Assembly: GCA_965218585.1 (NCBI GenBank)
Contig: CBDCLE010000026.1
Location: 288,001 to 352,000, forward strand
Source: Terriglobia bacterium
Lineage (GTDB): Bacteria; Acidobacteriota; Terriglobia; 20CM-2-55-15
Length of the DNA: 64,000 nt
Direction: 5' to 3'
Below are positions 59,849-64,000 of the stretch, in pieces. A program made the position numbers and the translations under genes. Below the pieces are notes generated by a model that searched no databases, was not told where the DNA came from, and worked only from the letters and a program-made list of their open reading frames with translations. Every line of letters starts with the position of its first letter. Position 1 is the first letter of the stretch.

Positions 59849-60442
59849 ATGAGACAGTACATCTTGTTTTTATTGATCGGAGCCTCGGCATCGATCGTCC
59901 TGGCCTGCGCTCCGGCAGCCGAACCGGTCGAGACCGGACCGGAGTTCAGGCCTACAGCCACCATCAAGGACATCATGCTCGGGGTCATCGACCCGAACGC
60001 CGACGCAATCTGGAACGCGAGTGCGATCGTCGTCGACTTCGAAGGCATCCACGAGAGCTTTCCCGAGACCGACGAAGAGTGGGACGCGCTTCGTTATTCG
60101 GCCCTCACGATCATCGAGGCCAGCAACATGATGCTGATACCCGGACGTCAGGTGGCCGCCCCGGGAGATCGATCAGAGTTTCCGGGTATCGAACTCGAAC
60201 CAGAAGAGATCGCAGATCTGATCGCCGCCGACCCCGACACTTATGCCCAGCTCACGCTGGGACTCCACGACGCTGCAACCCAGATGCTGGCAGTCATCGA
60301 GGACCGGGATTCGGAAACACTGCTGAACATTGGCGACCGCCTGGACCGCGCCTGCGAAAGATGCCATCTCGAGTACTGGTATCCCGACGACGAAGCCGCC
60401 AGGCGAGCCTTTGAAGAGACCGAAGCCCTTCTAGAGCAGTAA
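59849..60442 (+). CDS. cytochrome c'-like lipoprotein
   Basis: Lipobox VLAC; helical; C-terminal ACERCH heme motif. Confidence 0.8.
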   Translation: MRQYILFLLIGASASIVLACAPAAEPVETGPEFRPTATIKDIMLGVIDPNADAIWNASAIVVDFEGIHESFPETDEEWDALRYSALTIIEASNMMLIPGRQVAAPGDRSEFPGIELEPEEIADLIAADPDTYAQLTLGLHDAATQMLAVIEDRDSETLLNIGDRLDRACERCHLEYWYPDDEAARRAFEETEALLEQ

Positions 60443-60454
60443 GACGGTGTATCT

Positions 60455-60906
60455 ATGCAGATAAGACGCTATTGTCTCGGGTTGCTGGCATTGTGCCTGG
60501 TAGCGTTCGGCATCGTGGGTCATGGGAATGGGGTGGCCTCGGCCCAAGGTGGAACCGGATCAATCGAAGGCCACGTCACCCTCAGCGGGAGGCCGCCTGG
60601 TAATCGTGTGATACGGATGGGCGCCGATCCGAAGTGCACGCAAGTGGACATGGGCGAGCTGGTGATCCAGGAAGCGGTCATGGCCACACGGAACGGCAGC
60701 CTCGGCAATGTCTTTGTGAACCTGGAAGGAGATTTCCCCGCAACGCCGGTGACGGAAGAAACGGGTATGTTTGAGATGTCAGATGTGCCCGAGGGAACCT
60801 ATACGATCTACGCCTGGCATGAGGTGTACGGGGAGAACTCAGTCGGACCGTCGAGGTGACTCCCGGCGCCCGGGCCGTCGTGGATTTCACATACGACGGA
60901 GAGTAA
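60455..60906 (+). pseudogene. carboxypeptidase-regulatory-like domain protein remnant (internal deletion plus frameshift)
   Basis: GSIEGHV...DPKC...NVFV then abruptly TEETGMFEMSDVPEGTYTIYAWHE; the natural-looking tail ELSRTVEVTPGARAVVDFTY* is out of frame after GGGGAG at about 60830. Confidence 0.65.
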
Positions 60907-60918
60907 CCCAAGCCGATC

Positions 60919-61290
60919 CTACTGGTACGTCGTTCCGTCGGCTGCTACTACTGAAGTGTAGTTTCCACCCTGCCTGCCATTCTTCAGCGGGTTCATCGTC
61001 ACCGTTATCACGTCGCCGGTTTTGAAGGTCGAGCCTCCGATACCGCGCCGGATCGTGTTTCCGATATTCGACATTTCGATCGCCCAGGCAACAACTTCAC
61101 CGTCCTCACCTTCGACGTCGACATAGAGAAAGACATGCGGGTTTCTGAAGGAAAAGTCCTTAACGGTTCCCGTGACAGTGACTTCAACCTCGTGGTCGAA
61201 CATCGCGTGTGAATGGTGAGAAAGCGCGGGCATTGTCACGCCGATCATTAATCCAGAAGCCAACACGCCTACGACGATGTATTTCTTCAT
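60919..61290 (-). CDS. DUF6152-like periplasmic protein (copy 3)
   Basis: ALS|HHSHAMFD, GTVK.F.FRNPH, W.IE and FKTGD.ITV. Confidence 0.82.
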   Translation of the reverse strand: MKKYIVVGVLASGLMIGVTMPALSHHSHAMFDHEVEVTVTGTVKDFSFRNPHVFLYVDVEGEDGEVVAWAIEMSNIGNTIRRGIGGSTFKTGDVITVTMNPLKNGRQGGNYTSVVAADGTTYQ

Positions 61291-61358
61291 TTCATCCTCT
61301 CTATCTGGCTTTCTGTCGCACCCCTCGCATCATCGAGCGCGCCTACAGACGCAGTGTA

Positions 61359-62423
61359 TCAGTTCTCCCCAATTGCGTAGTGTGCGGCCCACGGGCGGGG
61401 ATCTGTAGGATCCCAGTATCCGGGGGTTCCAGGAGTGCGTTCGTCTAAAATGCCATCGGCGTTGACGAATATATTGCTCGCCGGTCCGTTCGTGTCCGTG
61501 CACGTACTGAAGACCGGCCGGATCTGTGGGTTCGTCTGCAGGTTGTACGTGAAATCTGCGTGGAGCGGCTCGACGAAAGCCACCGGGTCGTAGAGGGTCA
61601 CCTCTCCTATGATCGAGTCGCCCACGCGCTCGTAGCGTTCGACCGCCCTCATCTGGTCGCTCCACTCGAACATCGAATGCGTGGCGTTCCACTGCCGGAT
61701 CTGGTTGGTATGCACCACGAGCGCATCGCCGTCCCAGAAGGCGATCGATTCACCCAACCACTGCGGAAATTGAAAATCCTCGGGCACGTGCCCGCCATCG
61801 GTCTTAATCCAGCGGACTTCGATCGAACTCAGCATGTCGCTGATGAAAACAACCTGGTTCGGACGGACAATAAAATGTTGGGCGCGTGACAAGGCGCGGA
61901 TAAATCCATCGGGAAGGCAGAATGCTGCCGCCCACCAGTGGCGGCCTTCCGCTTCGGCTTTGACCTGCTGGACGTAATACTCCTGATACTGGGGTGCCAG
62001 CGAGGCGGCTATTGTACTGGCCTGGATGTTCCGGCTCCCCAGCCAGCTTCCGCCACCACCCCAGAGCCCGTCCCAATCGGGCAAGGTTTCAATTGTGTGT
62101 GCTGTCCCGCCGTTTGCTTCTTCGAGCCAGGCTTCATAGTGTTCTTCAGCCGTTCTATAAGGATAGGGACTCCTGGTATCGAAATCGTCCCGGCCAGAAC
62201 CCTCTTCACCGTATCTAAAATCGACCTGCATGTCCGTCAGCTGCCGGGCCGTGTTATTTCTGTAGTACGCGGGATCGGTCCAGTGCTCGCGATCCTGGCG
62301 AAAGTCATCGGTTGTAAAGATGGTTTGCGCAACCGCCGGTGCCGCACACAACATGCCGAGTAAAACCACCGCGATCCGGAACCCCTTGCGGTCTCGACTC
62401 ATGCCTGCCTGCTCATGTTTCAT
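61359..62423 (-). CDS. conserved periplasmic hypothetical protein, partner of DUF6152
   Basis: PDWDGLW, FCLPDG, WLGESIAFWDGDALVV, SDQMRAVERY and STCTD. Confidence 0.78.
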   Translation of the reverse strand: MKHEQAGMSRDRKGFRIAVVLLGMLCAAPAVAQTIFTTDDFRQDREHWTDPAYYRNNTARQLTDMQVDFRYGEEGSGRDDFDTRSPYPYRTAEEHYEAWLEEANGGTAHTIETLPDWDGLWGGGGSWLGSRNIQASTIAASLAPQYQEYYVQQVKAEAEGRHWWAAAFCLPDGFIRALSRAQHFIVRPNQVVFISDMLSSIEVRWIKTDGGHVPEDFQFPQWLGESIAFWDGDALVVHTNQIRQWNATHSMFEWSDQMRAVERYERVGDSIIGEVTLYDPVAFVEPLHADFTYNLQTNPQIRPVFSTCTDTNGPASNIFVNADGILDERTPGTPGYWDPTDPRPWAAHYAIGEN

Positions 62424-62554
62424 CTGAATAATCTCAAGAGTCTTACCACATCCTGAATGGGAGCCAAAGCATTTGAAGCGGATCGGGTTCGATCTGATCG
62501 TTCTTCACACTGACTGTACCGTGCTTGCTCCAAAGAGTCGTTCAGCCCCTGAGG

Positions 62555-62631
62555 CCACGCAATCAGGATGATTGCGTGGGTCGCCCCTCGTTCGGTCAGG
62601 ACGACCGATTGAACGAGGGAGCGAAATCTTC
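62555..62631. repeat. structured two-hairpin element, copy B
   Basis: CCACGCAATC-AGGAT-GATTGCGTGG GTCGC CCCTCGTTC GGTC-AGGAC-GACC GATT GAACGAGGG AGCGAAATCTTC. Confidence 0.75.
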
Positions 62632-62685
62632 TGCCGATGTCGGGGCACGATCGGGCCCATGGTGTTCGACTTTGAACAACAACGG

Positions 62686-63585
62686 TTACGGCCAGGCCAA
62701 CTCTCTCGCCGAAACAAAAGTCCGCGGCTCGCCGTTCACAGGATCGACAAACTCCAGCCGGTCCGCGAGTAACTGCAGCGGAGGTTCTTCATCTTCAGCG
62801 TCTCTTATCTCGGGATAAAGACGCTCGCCCATGATCGGAAACCCGATCGACGCCATGTGGATGCGGATCTGATGTTTCTTTCCGCTTCCAGGCCGGATCC
62901 TGAAGAGTCCAATGCCCTTTCGATCATCGATAAGTTCAATGTCCGTGAACGCGTTGGCGGCTCCCTCGACGATCTTCTGCCTGTACCAAGGATCCCCTGC
63001 TTCTAGCCTGTTGCTGACTTGCCATCGATTCACTTCGGGACGAACCTCAAGGCCCGCCAACGCAAGGTATTCCCTTTCAATCTCTCCGTTTGCGAAAAGT
63101 CTATGGTAACGGGGCCGCGTCTGGGGAACAAGACTGAAGAGGATCACTCCAGCTGTCTCACGGTCCAACCTGTGTAGAGGTACGAGCGATGTAAGCCCGG
63201 TCCTCCTTTGAAGGCGCACCAGGAGGGAACGCTCGACGTGGTCCCCGGCAGGCGTGACGACCATCCCGTGAGGCTTGTCGGCAACCAGGATCTCGCCGTC
63301 GCGATAGAGGACGGTTTCTTCTTCACTAACGCCCGGCTCGGAATCCACTTCCCTGCCGTAATAGACGGTTGTCCCGTGGCAGTAGGGCGTATCCGGAGTA
63401 ATAACCGTGCCGTCGTCTAATGCAACCCGGCCGCGCGCGACACGGTCCCCCCAGGTGTCGGCCCCCACCTGGGGGAAATGTTCGATCAGGTGCTCCAGTA
63501 TCGTCGCTGGAGGATCATCCAGCTTGGGAAGGTACAGGCGGGAGAGCAGAGGGGACCCGCGATGGACATCATTCGAATCCTTCAT
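62686..63585 (-). CDS. RluA-family pseudouridine synthase
   Basis: DKPHG, LHRLDRETAG, GKKHQIRIHM and LQLLA motifs. Confidence 0.9.
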   Translation of the reverse strand: MKDSNDVHRGSPLLSRLYLPKLDDPPATILEHLIEHFPQVGADTWGDRVARGRVALDDGTVITPDTPYCHGTTVYYGREVDSEPGVSEEETVLYRDGEILVADKPHGMVVTPAGDHVERSLLVRLQRRTGLTSLVPLHRLDRETAGVILFSLVPQTRPRYHRLFANGEIEREYLALAGLEVRPEVNRWQVSNRLEAGDPWYRQKIVEGAANAFTDIELIDDRKGIGLFRIRPGSGKKHQIRIHMASIGFPIMGERLYPEIRDAEDEEPPLQLLADRLEFVDPVNGEPRTFVSARELAWP

Positions 63586-64000
63586 TCACCCTCGTCCCGG
63601 TTCCCCGGACTTTCCTGTTACTGCCCGCTACAAGCTTGAACTCGAACAGACGGCAGTCGAGCGCGCCGTTAAACAGTGGAGTACGCCGGGACGCACTCAA
63701 CCGGATCAGTTTCGGCAAGCGCATGTCAGCTGTAAAAATATACGCCGTCCAGCCGCTATATCTCTTCTTCAGAGCGTCTCCAAGTTGAGGATAGAAGCCG
63801 GCCAATTGTTCCTGTTCGTCCATCCGTACCCCGTAAGGCGGATTCATGACGATGATGCCTGACGGCGCGGGCGGTGAGGATTCCAGAACGTTGGCGCGTT
63901 CGAGCCGGACGAGAGGCCCCACTCGGGCCCCAGTGATATCGCTTCGCGCCAGCGTGAGGGCCTCACCGTTCCGATCGCTCCCGAAGATGCTGGCTTCGGC
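63569..64000 (-). CDS. RlmL-like RNA methyltransferase, 5' part outside the window
   Basis: IFGSD, NPPYGVR and PLFNGALDCRL; frame open to the window edge. Confidence 0.85.
   Translation of the reverse strand, partial: AEASIFGSDRNGEALTLARSDITGARVGPLVRLERANVLESSPPAPSGIIVMNPPYGVRMDEQEQLAGFYPQLGDALKKRYSGWTAYIFTADMRLPKLIRLSASRRTPLFNGALDCRLFEFKLVAGSNRKVRGTGTRVNEGFE

Noticed and set aside
1-64000. CRISPR array, rRNA or tRNA (including tRNA-Sec)
   Set aside because: No regularly spaced repeat-spacer series and no recognisable rRNA or cloverleaf; the repeats seen are dispersed palindromes.

Overview
A GC-rich bacterial chromosome segment that looks like Acidobacteriota (inferred from the DUF6152, DUF5916, TonB-like, PQQ and carboxylesterase paralog expansions). 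It holds about 55 mostly exported hydrolase, oxidoreductase and hypothetical genes, with aroG, cimA, ubiX and ligJ recognisable. Three intact IS elements (IS1380, IS701, IS256) have mappable ends and target duplications. GTAG-type REP doublets are scattered through the window. I saw no rRNA, tRNA or CRISPR array. Main observations: (1) a four-gene operon at 12.6-19.1 kb (MFS transporter, MerA-like flavoprotein disulfide reductase, Tes/GDGT-MAS-like radical SAM, ArsM-like Cys-rich methyltransferase) that may encode an undescribed metalloid-lipid (arsenolipid) or membrane-spanning-lipid pathway; an IS701 copy has cut off the first 7 codons of its radical SAM gene; (2) two selenoprotein genes that the ORF track splits at in-frame UGA codons followed by SECIS-like hairpins (OsmC-like; secreted UxxC redoxin fused to a DsbD-N domain); (3) two 77-nt copies of a two-hairpin element with six compensatory base-pair changes and mostly AGGA-type loops; (4) three copies of a DUF6152 plus Cys-pair partner module; (5) several genes hollowed out by large internal deletions, which suggests ongoing genome decay. 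All family calls come from motif recognition by eye; no searches were run.
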